DNA of 64,000 nt from an uncultured Gammaproteobacteria bacterium (lineage in GTDB: Bacteria; Patescibacteriota; Microgenomatia; CAYXHB01; CAZYTL01). Location: NCBI GenBank assembly GCA_964650355.1, contig CAZYTL010000009.1, positions 413-64,412 on the forward strand. Direction: 5' to 3'. Made by a program: the position numbers and the translations under genes. Within the stretch, counting starts at the first letter, position 1, and each line of letters starts with the position of its first letter. Below are positions 1 through 8,846 of the stretch, in pieces. The notes beneath the pieces were generated by a model. It saw only the letters and a program-made list of their open reading frames with translations. It did not search any database and was not told the DNA's origin.

Positions 1-2
1 TT

Positions 3-146
3 GGCAAACAAGTAACGGCTATTAATGGCATTGAACAAGGAGAGGGGAAATATTGGTTGTATACTGTAGATGGTGACGAAGCCAGTTCCTCAGCTGACAC
101 GTACGTGTGTCACGACCAGGAACAAATTGAATGGCAATTAAAGTAG
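3..146 (+). CDS. 3' end of a DUF4430 (transcobalamin-like) domain protein, partial at window edge
   Basis: Hand translation from base 3: GKQVTAINGIEQGEGKYWLYTVDGDEASSSADTYVCHDQEQIEWQLK*; matches the VxxInG...yWxyxVnG...aDxy...IeW pattern; stop TAG 144-146; not in the ORF track. Confidence 0.7.
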   Translation, partial: GKQVTAINGIEQGEGKYWLYTVDGDEASSSADTYVCHDQEQIEWQLK

Positions 147-148
147 AT

Positions 149-676
149 ATGAATCTAAAATTAGCTCCGTTAGTTTTCATTATCTTTGGAGTATTGATGA
201 GGTTATTGCCTCATCCACCGAACATGGCGCCTATAACCGCAATCGCTTTATTCAGCGGAGTATATTTGAATAAAAGATACGCGGTAATATTACCAATTGT
301 AGCTTTGTTGATCAGTGATTATTTTATTGGTTTTTATGGCTGGACCATGCTGTTTGTTTATGGCGGGTTTGTGCTAGCCGGAGTAATCGGGATGTGGCTA
401 AAGAGACATAAAAGACCGGTTTACATTTTAGGCGCCAGTCTGGTGAGTTCGTGGCTGTTTTTTATAATCTCCAACATGGGAGTGTGGCTGACTACATCTA
501 TGTATAGCAAAAATCTGTCTGGCTTAATCCAATGTTATGTGATGGCGATCCCCTTCTTGCGCAATACCATTCTGGGTGATTTATTATTCACCACTACGCT
601 GTTTGGGCTCTACGAGCTATCTAAGCGGTTGGCCAAGACCTGGTTACCGGAGAAATATTTTGGTTGGGTTTACTAA
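149..676 (+). CDS. DUF6580 / BtuM-like ECF S-component-type membrane transporter
   Basis: RLLPHPPNMAPITAIALFSG, SNMGVW and CYVMAIPFLRNT motifs; ATG 149 preferred because it follows the upstream stop. Confidence 0.7.
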   Translation: MNLKLAPLVFIIFGVLMRLLPHPPNMAPITAIALFSGVYLNKRYAVILPIVALLISDYFIGFYGWTMLFVYGGFVLAGVIGMWLKRHKRPVYILGASLVSSWLFFIISNMGVWLTTSMYSKNLSGLIQCYVMAIPFLRNTILGDLLFTTTLFGLYELSKRLAKTWLPEKYFGWVY

Positions 677-737
677 GATTTTAATTCCGCAGATTAGGAA
701 TAAAGATTTTGCCTTCTGAAGAGAGCTAAGAACTCAA

Positions 738-1466
738 TTAATATTTTTCAATTTCTGCTGTTTGTTGCCAGTAAAAGAAATCGAAGTTTTGATTGCGAAT
801 TCTGTTTAAAATTTCCAAATCGTGTTTTCCTGTATCTACGTTGCTTTTTAATAACTCAATTGCTTGATTAAAATCGGTCCAAAAATTTTCACCATATACA
901 TTTTTGGCGATGAGTTCACCTTCGGGATTTTCAGCGTAACAGACATGATAAAAGGTATCTTCTATCAGGTTACCTTGTTTATCTTTCCTGATTTTTCTTA
1001 TTACTCCAAGATGGGTAAATTCCGCTTGTAAACCGGTTTCTTCAAGTAACTTCCTTTTCGCAGCCTGTTCGATTAATTCACCGTGGTGTACTTTGCCGGA
1101 AACACTAGTCACGTCACCATAAAATGGATGCCTGAATCTTTTGTGACGAAGAATTTCTCTTTTTCCATTAACTTGTCTGACTACTTGCAAGGCCACAGAG
1201 ACCTTAAATAATTGTTGCACTTTGCCTAAAGCGTCAATGTTAGTAGTTAAGACTTTGCCTTTTTCCGTAATCTGATACAGATTACCTTCTTTCCGGACTA
1301 ATTCGTTTTTTACCAAAAATTGCAAGTGATAATTATACAAATCATTTTCCAAGTACTCATCATCCGGCTTCATTTCCGAGTAGCGCAATCCTCCAGATGA
1401 AGTAGTCAACCTAGCTAGAATTTCCAGCTGTACTTCATTTACTTCGGGCAAGAACTCATATTTCAT
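738..1466 (-). CDS. Winged-helix plus NUDIX hydrolase
   Basis: N-terminal wHTH-like YHLQFLVK...YQITEKGK; Nudix box GKVHHGELIEQAAKRKLLEETGL. Confidence 0.8.
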   Translation of the reverse strand: MKYEFLPEVNEVQLEILARLTTSSGGLRYSEMKPDDEYLENDLYNYHLQFLVKNELVRKEGNLYQITEKGKVLTTNIDALGKVQQLFKVSVALQVVRQVNGKREILRHKRFRHPFYGDVTSVSGKVHHGELIEQAAKRKLLEETGLQAEFTHLGVIRKIRKDKQGNLIEDTFYHVCYAENPEGELIAKNVYGENFWTDFNQAIELLKSNVDTGKHDLEILNRIRNQNFDFFYWQQTAEIEKY

Positions 1467-1620
1467 AAACCAATTTTACCATGTATTGTCTGGGCAAATT
1501 TTGCCGAAGAGCCCTTCTCTTGTTCGTATTATAGGCTTACGGTAAAATCTGGAAGATATTTGAGTTTTTATATTCAAATTTAAGTTTATAACAATTCTAG
1601 ATGAGCTAAACTTATATTAT

Positions 1621-1851
1621 ATGCCCAATAACCACTCAAGCACCAAACTTATCCAGCTTAAGGCCAAACAGCAGCAGTTGCAAGAAAAACTTGATCAAAA
1701 ATTGCGACAGCTAGGCGGTTGTGGAGGAATGGGCAGAATGCCAGCGGATCGATTGGAAATTGAAAATACCATTAACGTGCTTGAGTCTAGATTGAAAAGT
1801 CTGCAAGCAGAAATTGAACAAATAAAAGAGTCTTTAGACGAGACGTCGTGA
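1621..1851 (+). CDS. Small coiled-coil hairpin protein, paralog of 2852..3079
   Basis: Heptad helices either side of a GGCGGMG loop; aligns with the 2852 ORF. Confidence 0.6.
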   Translation: MPNNHSSTKLIQLKAKQQQLQEKLDQKLRQLGGCGGMGRMPADRLEIENTINVLESRLKSLQAEIEQIKESLDETS

Positions 1852-1870
1852 CTCAACTGATATCCTCCAT

Positions 1871-2827
1871 ATGAATAACTTTAGAAAACCATTGAAAATA
1901 GATGAAATCGGAATTAAGGCTTACTCCCTGGAAATTCTCAAAGATCAGGGATTGTTTGACGAAAAATTATATATTTCAGCAGATAAACTTTCGAAGAAAG
2001 AGCTGGTTCATAATTTACAAAAGGCCGGTTTTCAGGACGGCGAAAAGATGTTTGTCAGATTTTCAAGCCCTGATACGTCAATTAAATTACCGAAAAAAGG
2101 ATGTAACGGATTTGACACTTTGTATAGATTTGTAAACGAGCAGACTAAAAAAGATTTAGTGTTAATTGTTCATTCTTTTATCTTGGGGAAGTACGGAGGC
2201 ACGATTACCCGAGTCGGTGACGAGTTAGTGATGGAATTTATCAAAGGCGGTTGGAATGCCGATTACTCCATAAACGTGGATACGGTTACGTTTAAAGACG
2301 GTCTCTCAAAGTGGTATGTCTATCAAGGTCACAGGACGGTTCCTTATGTTGTTAACGGGCAAGTGATTCAGAAGAGAATCGGACCGCTGGAGAGGAAGAC
2401 AATTCAAAAGATTTTTAGTAGTGTTTCGCCACAAATAGGAAAAATTACAAAATTGTTGGATAACGAGTTTAATTCGCTTGAATTCCTAATCGATTCTAAC
2501 TATTGTTTAAAACCCATTGAATTGCAGAATATTGCCACTGTTGACCATCAGTTAAAGATTAATAAATGTCCTGATAAAGTATTTGAATTGAAAACGCCCC
2601 ATGACTTGAAGAGATGGGATAGGACAACTGATTTATTAATATCAATTCCGGCGGACATGGACCGGGCGGATGAACTCCTCCTGGTTATTAAGGAGATAAA
2701 AAATTTTGTATCTCACGTGTACATTAACTATGGAATTCTCTCGCATCCGGCAATTTTATTGAGAGAAGAGGGAATTAAGGTAGAAAGAAAGATGTCTAAC
2801 TATCGATTAATGACGTTACCTTACTGA
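1871..2827 (+). CDS. Divergent PEP-utilising/PPDK-like protein (ATP-grasp-like N-terminus plus phospho-His swivel motif)
   Basis: IGIKAYSL resembles the PPDK/PEPS GxKAxxL motif; VRFSS resembles VRSS; GILSHPAILLREEGI resembles GxxSHAAIxARExGI. Confidence 0.6.
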   Translation: MNNFRKPLKIDEIGIKAYSLEILKDQGLFDEKLYISADKLSKKELVHNLQKAGFQDGEKMFVRFSSPDTSIKLPKKGCNGFDTLYRFVNEQTKKDLVLIVHSFILGKYGGTITRVGDELVMEFIKGGWNADYSINVDTVTFKDGLSKWYVYQGHRTVPYVVNGQVIQKRIGPLERKTIQKIFSSVSPQIGKITKLLDNEFNSLEFLIDSNYCLKPIELQNIATVDHQLKINKCPDKVFELKTPHDLKRWDRTTDLLISIPADMDRADELLLVIKEIKNFVSHVYINYGILSHPAILLREEGIKVERKMSNYRLMTLPY

Positions 2828-2851
2828 CAAATTATTGAATCTAAATCCCGA

Positions 2852-3079
2852 ATGAGAAGGCCATTGACTACATCGGATCAATTGTTGCAATTAAAACTGA
2901 AAGAGCAACGACTTGAAGAGAAGCTAAAGCAAAAGCTCAAAACTATTGGTGATGCAGATCATCCCATGGAATCCAGATACCAAACCGGCAGATTTGATTT
3001 GGAAAACGAAATAGAGTTACTAAAAATCCGGCTTAATCAAATTCAAACAGAGATTTACAAATTAGAAAAAGATCTCTGA
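2852..3079 (+). CDS. Small coiled-coil hairpin protein, paralog of 1621..1851
   Basis: LLQLKLKEQRLEEKLKQKLKTIG...RFDLENEIELLKIRL aligns with the 1621 ORF. Confidence 0.6.
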   Translation: MRRPLTTSDQLLQLKLKEQRLEEKLKQKLKTIGDADHPMESRYQTGRFDLENEIELLKIRLNQIQTEIYKLEKDL

Positions 3080-3202
3080 TTAATGGGTAACTTATTGTTT
3101 ACAGATATCAGCAAAAGTAACCTCTTATCATATCTCCATTAACCAGACATTATACCTCAAATCTCGCCCATCGGTTCGGTAGTATATTTAACGGTTTGCT
3201 GC

Positions 3203-3793
3203 TCACAGATACGCTTTGATTAACTGCATAATCTGCTCGTCATTTAAGTTTTTGTCGCTCAAATTCAATTCCTGATTCCACTGGTCCCAGAATTCCACGT
3301 CCGTTATGGTTACCAATTTTGAAAGACTTAGGTTTTTCAAAACAGTTTTTAGATTTCTTTGATTATTTAAAGTTTCTACTTCGAAATTGTATTTATGGGA
3401 TTTGCCATATTGATGGCTTAGTTTAATTTCAAAATCCGGTTGTTCAAAGACGTAATTATCATATTGCATGAGATGACATGGCTCGGCAGGCGGCAAGAGG
3501 CGGCGTAAAATTTCGTATATGCTAAAAATCTGTTCAGATTCAGGCGGCAACTCAACGTGTTTTTCCGTGCGGTCCCATTGAGTGGTATTGTCCCACTTAC
3601 CTACTTTCTGCATAATTTCAGCTTTTCCATCCGTAATGCGGATTCGAGTATCAACCTCGTTCATCTCATGATTCCAAAAGGAAAAGGACAATCGCTTATG
3701 ACGGCTGGGCTTGCCGAATCGCCCACTAAACAGTCGTAAAAATTTCTCAAATTGTTCTTTGGTTAATTGCCCCCAGGCTTCCTGTTCTAACAT
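3203..3793 (-). CDS. CYTH-like (triphosphate tunnel) domain protein
   Basis: N-terminal ExE motif (LEQE), DTRIR, K and FEVE motifs; ATG 3793 lies 6 nt after TATAAT. Confidence 0.6.
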   Translation of the reverse strand: MLEQEAWGQLTKEQFEKFLRLFSGRFGKPSRHKRLSFSFWNHEMNEVDTRIRITDGKAEIMQKVGKWDNTTQWDRTEKHVELPPESEQIFSIYEILRRLLPPAEPCHLMQYDNYVFEQPDFEIKLSHQYGKSHKYNFEVETLNNQRNLKTVLKNLSLSKLVTITDVEFWDQWNQELNLSDKNLNDEQIMQLIKAYL

Positions 3794-3833
3794 GGACTGA
3801 TTATACTTCACTTTTGTGCTATATTCATAAAAG

Positions 3834-4280
3834 ATGAAATTCACCAGATTGCCATTGGATAAGTTTATTGAAATTTATCACCAGGTACCCAGGGCTGCAG
3901 TAGATGTGATAGTGGTGACTAATAAAGGAATCCTACTGACCAAAAGGTCTATCCCCCCATTTCTGGGCATGTGGCATATCCCGGGTGGAACAATTATGTT
4001 TAAAGAACCGCTACAGCACGCAATTGAGAGGATCGCTAAGGAAGAATTGAGTGTCGAAGTGAAGATAATTAAACAATTGGGAGCCATAGAATGTCTTGAT
4101 GATGGAGGCAGACACACGATTGCAATTGATTTTTTGACTCAAATTGTCAATGGTACACCGCAAGGCAGCGAGCAGGGAAAGGAAATCGCTTATTTCAAAA
4201 AAGTCCCGAAAAATATTATTCCTGAACAAGGCAAATTCCTAAAACAACATTTAGCGGAAATAAAATCTTACTTTGAATAA
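3834..4280 (+). CDS. NUDIX hydrolase, GDP-mannose hydrolase-like
   Basis: VPRAAVDVIV, WHIPGG and RIAKEEL variant Nudix box. Confidence 0.8.
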   Translation: MKFTRLPLDKFIEIYHQVPRAAVDVIVVTNKGILLTKRSIPPFLGMWHIPGGTIMFKEPLQHAIERIAKEELSVEVKIIKQLGAIECLDDGGRHTIAIDFLTQIVNGTPQGSEQGKEIAYFKKVPKNIIPEQGKFLKQHLAEIKSYFE

Positions 4281-4316
4281 AGTGCTCAATATGGCCTACA
4301 AACACCAAATAAATCC

Positions 4317-4958
4317 ATGACCTCTCTCACTACCCTAATCTTCGACTTCGACGGCACCATCGCTGACACCTTTGCTTTCCTGTTAGAAACAGCTCATGAA
4401 TGGATTCCGGGAGAACATTTTGATTACCTTGCGGATAAACCCCTCGAATCGCTCCGCGATTATGCCCTTAAAGACATTCTCAAAGAACTCAAAATCCCGT
4501 TCTATAAACTTCCTTCCCTGGTCACCCTAGCCCGCAATCACATCAGCAAATCAATTGAAAAAATCCCTCTCATTCCCGGCATGGACCGGGCTCTCGCCCA
4601 GCTTCACCAAGATGGATATCATTTAGGTATCGTCACCTCCAACGGCAAACAAAATACCCAAAATTTCCTTAACCACCATCAACTATCTTATTTTGACTTC
4701 ATTCACTCGGGCAAGCACCTGTTTGGCAAGCACCATATCCTAAAACGAGTGATTAAAGCCCACCACCTATCTCCCCAGCATACCATCTATGTCGGAGATG
4801 AAGTCCGCGATATCGAAGCCGCTCACAAAGCCGGCCTCCCCATCATTTCTGTCTCATGGGGATTAAACACCCCTGTAATTCTCCAAACCGCCCACCCTGA
4901 CTATCTCATCAACAAACCAGACCAACTCCTACCCCAAATAAAAAAACACTTCGAGTAA
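4317..4958 (+). CDS. HAD-IA family phosphatase
   Basis: DFDGT motif I, TSN motif II, GDEVRD motif IV. Confidence 0.9.
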   Translation: MTSLTTLIFDFDGTIADTFAFLLETAHEWIPGEHFDYLADKPLESLRDYALKDILKELKIPFYKLPSLVTLARNHISKSIEKIPLIPGMDRALAQLHQDGYHLGIVTSNGKQNTQNFLNHHQLSYFDFIHSGKHLFGKHHILKRVIKAHHLSPQHTIYVGDEVRDIEAAHKAGLPIISVSWGLNTPVILQTAHPDYLINKPDQLLPQIKKHFE

Positions 4959-5025
4959 ACCACAATGAAAACATGATTTTCCACTCCGGGGCTTATTTGT
5001 ATTTACACCTTGGGATAAAGTTATA

Positions 5026-5101
5026 TGGTGACCCCACCGGGATTCGAACCCGGGTTTTCGCCGTGAGAGGGCGATGTCCTAAACCGCTAGACGATGGGGC
5101 C
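5026..5101 (-). tRNA. tRNA-Glu(CTC), CCA encoded
   Basis: Cloverleaf GGCCCCA...TGGGGTC-A-CCA; anticodon arm TCGCC-CTCTCAC-GGCGA; GGTTCGAATCC. Confidence 0.96.
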
Positions 5102-5105
5102 ATGA

Positions 5106-5204
5106 TAGTTTCAAGTTGTTAGTTTCGAGTTCCAAAGCAAGCTTAGAGAGTTATTATTAATAGTTACTTTCCGAACTTGTTGTGAAACCAATAACTGGAA
5201 ACTA
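5106..5204. repeat. 21-bp imperfect inverted repeat built from heptamers in the tRNA-Leu/tRNA-Glu spacer
   Basis: tagtttcaagttgttagtttc (5106-5126) versus gaaaccaataactggaaacta (5184-5204); 3 differences. Confidence 0.7.
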
Positions 5205-5218
5205 GCGCCTGATTTTTG

Positions 5219-5300
5219 TGCCGGGGACAGGACTTGAACCTGCACGCCGTGAGGCACATGGTCCTAAACCATGCGTGTCTGCCAATTTCACCACCCCGGC
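5219..5300 (-). tRNA. tRNA-Leu(TAG)
   Basis: GCCGGGG...CCCCGGC-A; anticodon arm CATGG-TTTAGGA-CCATG; long variable arm. Confidence 0.96.
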
Positions 5301-5422
5301 GGGAATCTTACATATTTTACCATGTTTTGGCCTTCACTAGAATTCGGGAGGATGATAAGATTAGGTTAGAAGGGAGTTCTGCTTTTAATTTGTTAATTTA
5401 CAAAGACAGGTGATGGTGTTGT

Positions 5423-7066
5423 ATGGGAGAAGTAGCGATTAAACCTATTGTATTGATTATTATGGATGGCTGGGGAATGGCACCCCCTGGGCCGGGGAAC
5501 GCGATTTTTCAAGCACAGATACCTAATTTTAAAAAGTATTACAGTAGTTATCCGCACGCGCTTTTGGAGGCTTCAGGTGAAGCGGTGGGATTGCCTCGTG
5601 GTGAAGTAGGCAATACTGAAGTGGGTCATTTTGTGATCGGGGGCGGGCAATTTATCTATCAGGATTTGCCTAGAATCAATATTTCGATCGGTGACGGATC
5701 CTTTTTCCAAAATCCTGCTCTGTTGGCTGCAGCAGAGCACGTCAGAAAAAACGGTTCGCAATTGCATCTAATGGGGCTGGTAGGACCGGGAGGCGTACAT
5801 TCTGACCTGGTCCATTTGATGGCTTTGATCAGGTTCTGTCAAGAGCAGGGTTTGTCAGGGGTGGCTTTGCACGCGTTTACGGACGGCCGAGATTCGCCAC
5901 CCACGTCATCACAGATTTATTTAGACAAGGTGCAAGCAGAATTGGAGAAACATCAGGTAGGGTTTATCGCCAGTGTGATAGGGCGCTATTATGCCATGGA
6001 CAGGGACTTTCGCTGGGACAGAACAGAAAAGGCCTACAGGGCATTGACCGAGGGGGCGGGTAATAAGGGTCCGGATTATAAAACGATTATTAATAAATCT
6101 TACCAGCAAGGGAAAACTGACGAGTTTATTGAGCCAGCGGTGATCGTAGATGACAACGGACAACCTAAAGGATTAATCAAGCAGGGTGACGCGGTAATCT
6201 TTTTTAATTTTCGCATTGACCGCCCCAGACAGCTAACCAAGGCTTTTGTGCTTCCTGATTTTAACCAGCAAACTGTGAGCGGCGGCTATGATCCTTACGC
6301 TGTAAAATATTATGGCAAGCACGACCCGGATATTAAACCGCCCACGAAACCGTTTGACCGGGGGCCGAAAATCGAGCAGTTGTTTTTTGTGACTATGACT
6401 GAGTACGAAAAAAATTTGCCGGTGGACGCGATTGTGATGCCACCTCAGGTGATCAATATGCCTTTGGGCAAGATTTATGCGGATCAGGGCAAGCGTCAGT
6501 TACGAGCGGCGGAAAGTGAGAAGGAAAGGTTTGTGACTTATTATTTTAACGGTCAGAATGAAGAGGCGTTCGCTAATGAAGACAGATTAATTGTGCCTTC
6601 CCCGAAGATTCCCACTTATGATTTGAAACCGGAGATGTCGGCAGTCGAGTTAACCGAGGCGGTGATGGAAAAAATGCAGCAGGTGGATTATGACTTGGTG
6701 GTGCTGAATTATGCTAACCCAGACATGGTTGGTCATACAGGTAATATTCCTGCTGCGGTCAAGGGGGTGGAAACAGTGGATCAATGCATGGGGAAGTTGG
6801 TTGAATGGGTGTTAAGCAAAGGAGGAGTATGCTTGATTACTGGTGATCACGGGAATGCGGAAGAGATGATTAATTTGCGCAGTGGAGAGCCGGATACTGA
6901 GCACAATGACAGTCCGGTGCCGTTCATAGTGGTGGCTCCCCCAGGGATCGTCCAGGCACGCATGGACTTGGGCGAAGGCACGTTGGCTGATGTGGCGCCC
7001 ACGATTTTAGCCATTGCCAAGCTGCCTCAACCCCGGAGCATGACCGGGAAGAATATGCTGCGGTAG
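5423..7066 (+). CDS. gpmI: 2,3-bisphosphoglycerate-independent phosphoglycerate mutase
   Basis: MDGWG, GNTEVGH (Thr at the catalytic Ser position), DGRD, GRYYAMDRD, DMVGHTG, DHGNAE. Confidence 0.95.
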   Translation: MGEVAIKPIVLIIMDGWGMAPPGPGNAIFQAQIPNFKKYYSSYPHALLEASGEAVGLPRGEVGNTEVGHFVIGGGQFIYQDLPRINISIGDGSFFQNPALLAAAEHVRKNGSQLHLMGLVGPGGVHSDLVHLMALIRFCQEQGLSGVALHAFTDGRDSPPTSSQIYLDKVQAELEKHQVGFIASVIGRYYAMDRDFRWDRTEKAYRALTEGAGNKGPDYKTIINKSYQQGKTDEFIEPAVIVDDNGQPKGLIKQGDAVIFFNFRIDRPRQLTKAFVLPDFNQQTVSGGYDPYAVKYYGKHDPDIKPPTKPFDRGPKIEQLFFVTMTEYEKNLPVDAIVMPPQVINMPLGKIYADQGKRQLRAAESEKERFVTYYFNGQNEEAFANEDRLIVPSPKIPTYDLKPEMSAVELTEAVMEKMQQVDYDLVVLNYANPDMVGHTGNIPAAVKGVETVDQCMGKLVEWVLSKGGVCLITGDHGNAEEMINLRSGEPDTEHNDSPVPFIVVAPPGIVQARMDLGEGTLADVAPTILAIAKLPQPRSMTGKNMLR

Positions 7067-7212
7067 TCGATCTGAGTGAGGAGAAAAAGCAATTCCTCTG
7101 GCCAACGATTTTTCTTTGGAGTAAAATAACGAACCATAGCCTCGGACGGTAATTGTTCATTAAGATTAATTATCCTGAAGGCCGGCGGATTAACTACTTT
7201 TAATCGGGGGTG

Positions 7213-8571
7213 ATGTTAAATAAAGCTTTAGATTACGTTCAACAACAACGGGTGCATTTCTTGGATGAGTTAAAGCATGTGCTGCGGATACCTTCGATCA
7301 GTATGCTGCCTGTATATAAGTCAGATATGGAGCGGATGGCAGAGTGGCTGCGGGTGCATTTATTGGAAATTGGCTTGGAAAGAGTGGAAATTTATCCTAC
7401 TGAAGGACACCCGGTGGTGTATGGGGAATGGTTAAAAGCCAAAGGCAAGCCAACCTTACTGGTCTACGGGCATTATGATGTGCAACCGCCTGATCCTTTG
7501 GATGAATGGCAAACAGATCCCTTTGAACCAACGGTTAAGGGTCAGTATGTTTACGGCAGGGGAGTGGCCGATAATAAAGGGCAATTTTTTACTCATCTGA
7601 AAGCCATCCAGGCTTATTTGCGTACAGCCGGAAGGCTACCGGTGAATATCAAGGTATTTCTGGAAGGTGAGGAAGAATTAGGGTCGCTACATTTAGAGAG
7701 CTTCGTGCGCCAAAATGAGCAGCTGCTGACAGCTGCCGGAGCCGTAGTGTCGGATACAGCGATGAGAGGAATTAACCAGCCGGAAATCATCGTGGGATTA
7801 AGGGGATTGGATTATTTTGAGATCACAGTCAGGTCGGCAGAGCATGACTTGCATTCGGGAACTTATGGAGGCGGGGTAGGAAACGCGGATACAATTATGG
7901 TTAATTTGTTGTCTAGATTAAAGGATGAGCAGCAAAGAATTACTATCCCTGGCATTTATGATCAGGTGCGAAAGTTTACCCAAAAGGAATTAAAGTCATT
8001 GAATGGGGGTGAACATGAGTTTCACCAAAGCGCCAAGGCGTATGTGTTAGTAAGTGAACCCAAAATTCCTTCTCACTTAATGCCCAAAATCAGGCCCAGT
8101 TTGGATATTAACGGTATGGTCGGAGGCTTTACTGGAGAAGGGTCTAAAACTGTAATTCCGGCAGAGGCTAAGGCCAAGGTGAGTATCAGACTGGTACCTG
8201 ACCAGAATCCTGATCAGGTAGCCGATGCGTTTATCAGTTATGTGGAGAGCTTGGTGCCTGAAGGTGCAAAGGTTGATGTGCAGATTCACAGTAAATCATC
8301 ACCGGTATTGGTGGCTAACAAGGGAAAATTGATCAACGCCGCCAGACAATCACTGAAGCAAACTTTTGGAGAATCCCCCACTCTGGCGATTGAAGGAGGT
8401 ACGATTGGTGCTGTGGGAATTATGAAAAGATGTTTACAAATTGACAGCATCCTAATGGGTTATGGGCTGCCGGATGATAATTTACACGCTCCGAATGAAC
8501 GGTTTTACATAGATAATTTTTATAAAGGGATTGAGTCCAACTTGAGATTTTATGATTTGGTTGGTAGATGA
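7213..8571 (+). CDS. M20 family dipeptidase
   Basis: YGHYDVQP, GRGVADNKG, EGEEE, DLHSG, HAPNE. Confidence 0.92.
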   Translation: MLNKALDYVQQQRVHFLDELKHVLRIPSISMLPVYKSDMERMAEWLRVHLLEIGLERVEIYPTEGHPVVYGEWLKAKGKPTLLVYGHYDVQPPDPLDEWQTDPFEPTVKGQYVYGRGVADNKGQFFTHLKAIQAYLRTAGRLPVNIKVFLEGEEELGSLHLESFVRQNEQLLTAAGAVVSDTAMRGINQPEIIVGLRGLDYFEITVRSAEHDLHSGTYGGGVGNADTIMVNLLSRLKDEQQRITIPGIYDQVRKFTQKELKSLNGGEHEFHQSAKAYVLVSEPKIPSHLMPKIRPSLDINGMVGGFTGEGSKTVIPAEAKAKVSIRLVPDQNPDQVADAFISYVESLVPEGAKVDVQIHSKSSPVLVANKGKLINAARQSLKQTFGESPTLAIEGGTIGAVGIMKRCLQIDSILMGYGLPDDNLHAPNERFYIDNFYKGIESNLRFYDLVGR

Positions 8572-8636
8572 GAGATGACGATGACCAGTGCTTTACAAAT
8601 TAAATGATTGCGGTACTATAAAATTAATAATTAAAT

Positions 8637-8804
8637 ATGGCGGACCAATCTTACCAGTACTCCTCCCCTGCTCAGAGTCCCCAATCCGAACAACCGGTAA
8701 CCAGTTGGCAAGAGGTGTTTAATTTTGTAATTAAGGTGGTGACGGCAATTCCAAAGGTGATATATAAGGTCTTCTGGGATATTTTCTGGAGGTATTTGAA
8801 GTAG
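8637..8804 (+). CDS. Putative 55-aa small protein (below ORF-track cutoff)
   Basis: MADQSYQYSSPAQSPQSEQPVTSWQEVFNFVIKVVTAIPKVIYKVFWDIFWRYLK*; fills the intergenic gap; TTTACA-N16-TACTAT upstream. Confidence 0.55.
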   Translation: MADQSYQYSSPAQSPQSEQPVTSWQEVFNFVIKVVTAIPKVIYKVFWDIFWRYLK

Positions 8805-8846
8805 AGTGAGACTTCTTGCAAAAATGATTGGTGATTGTGATTAAAG

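Noticed and set aside
5216-5413. 65-aa ORF
   Set aside because: Antisense to tRNA-Leu.
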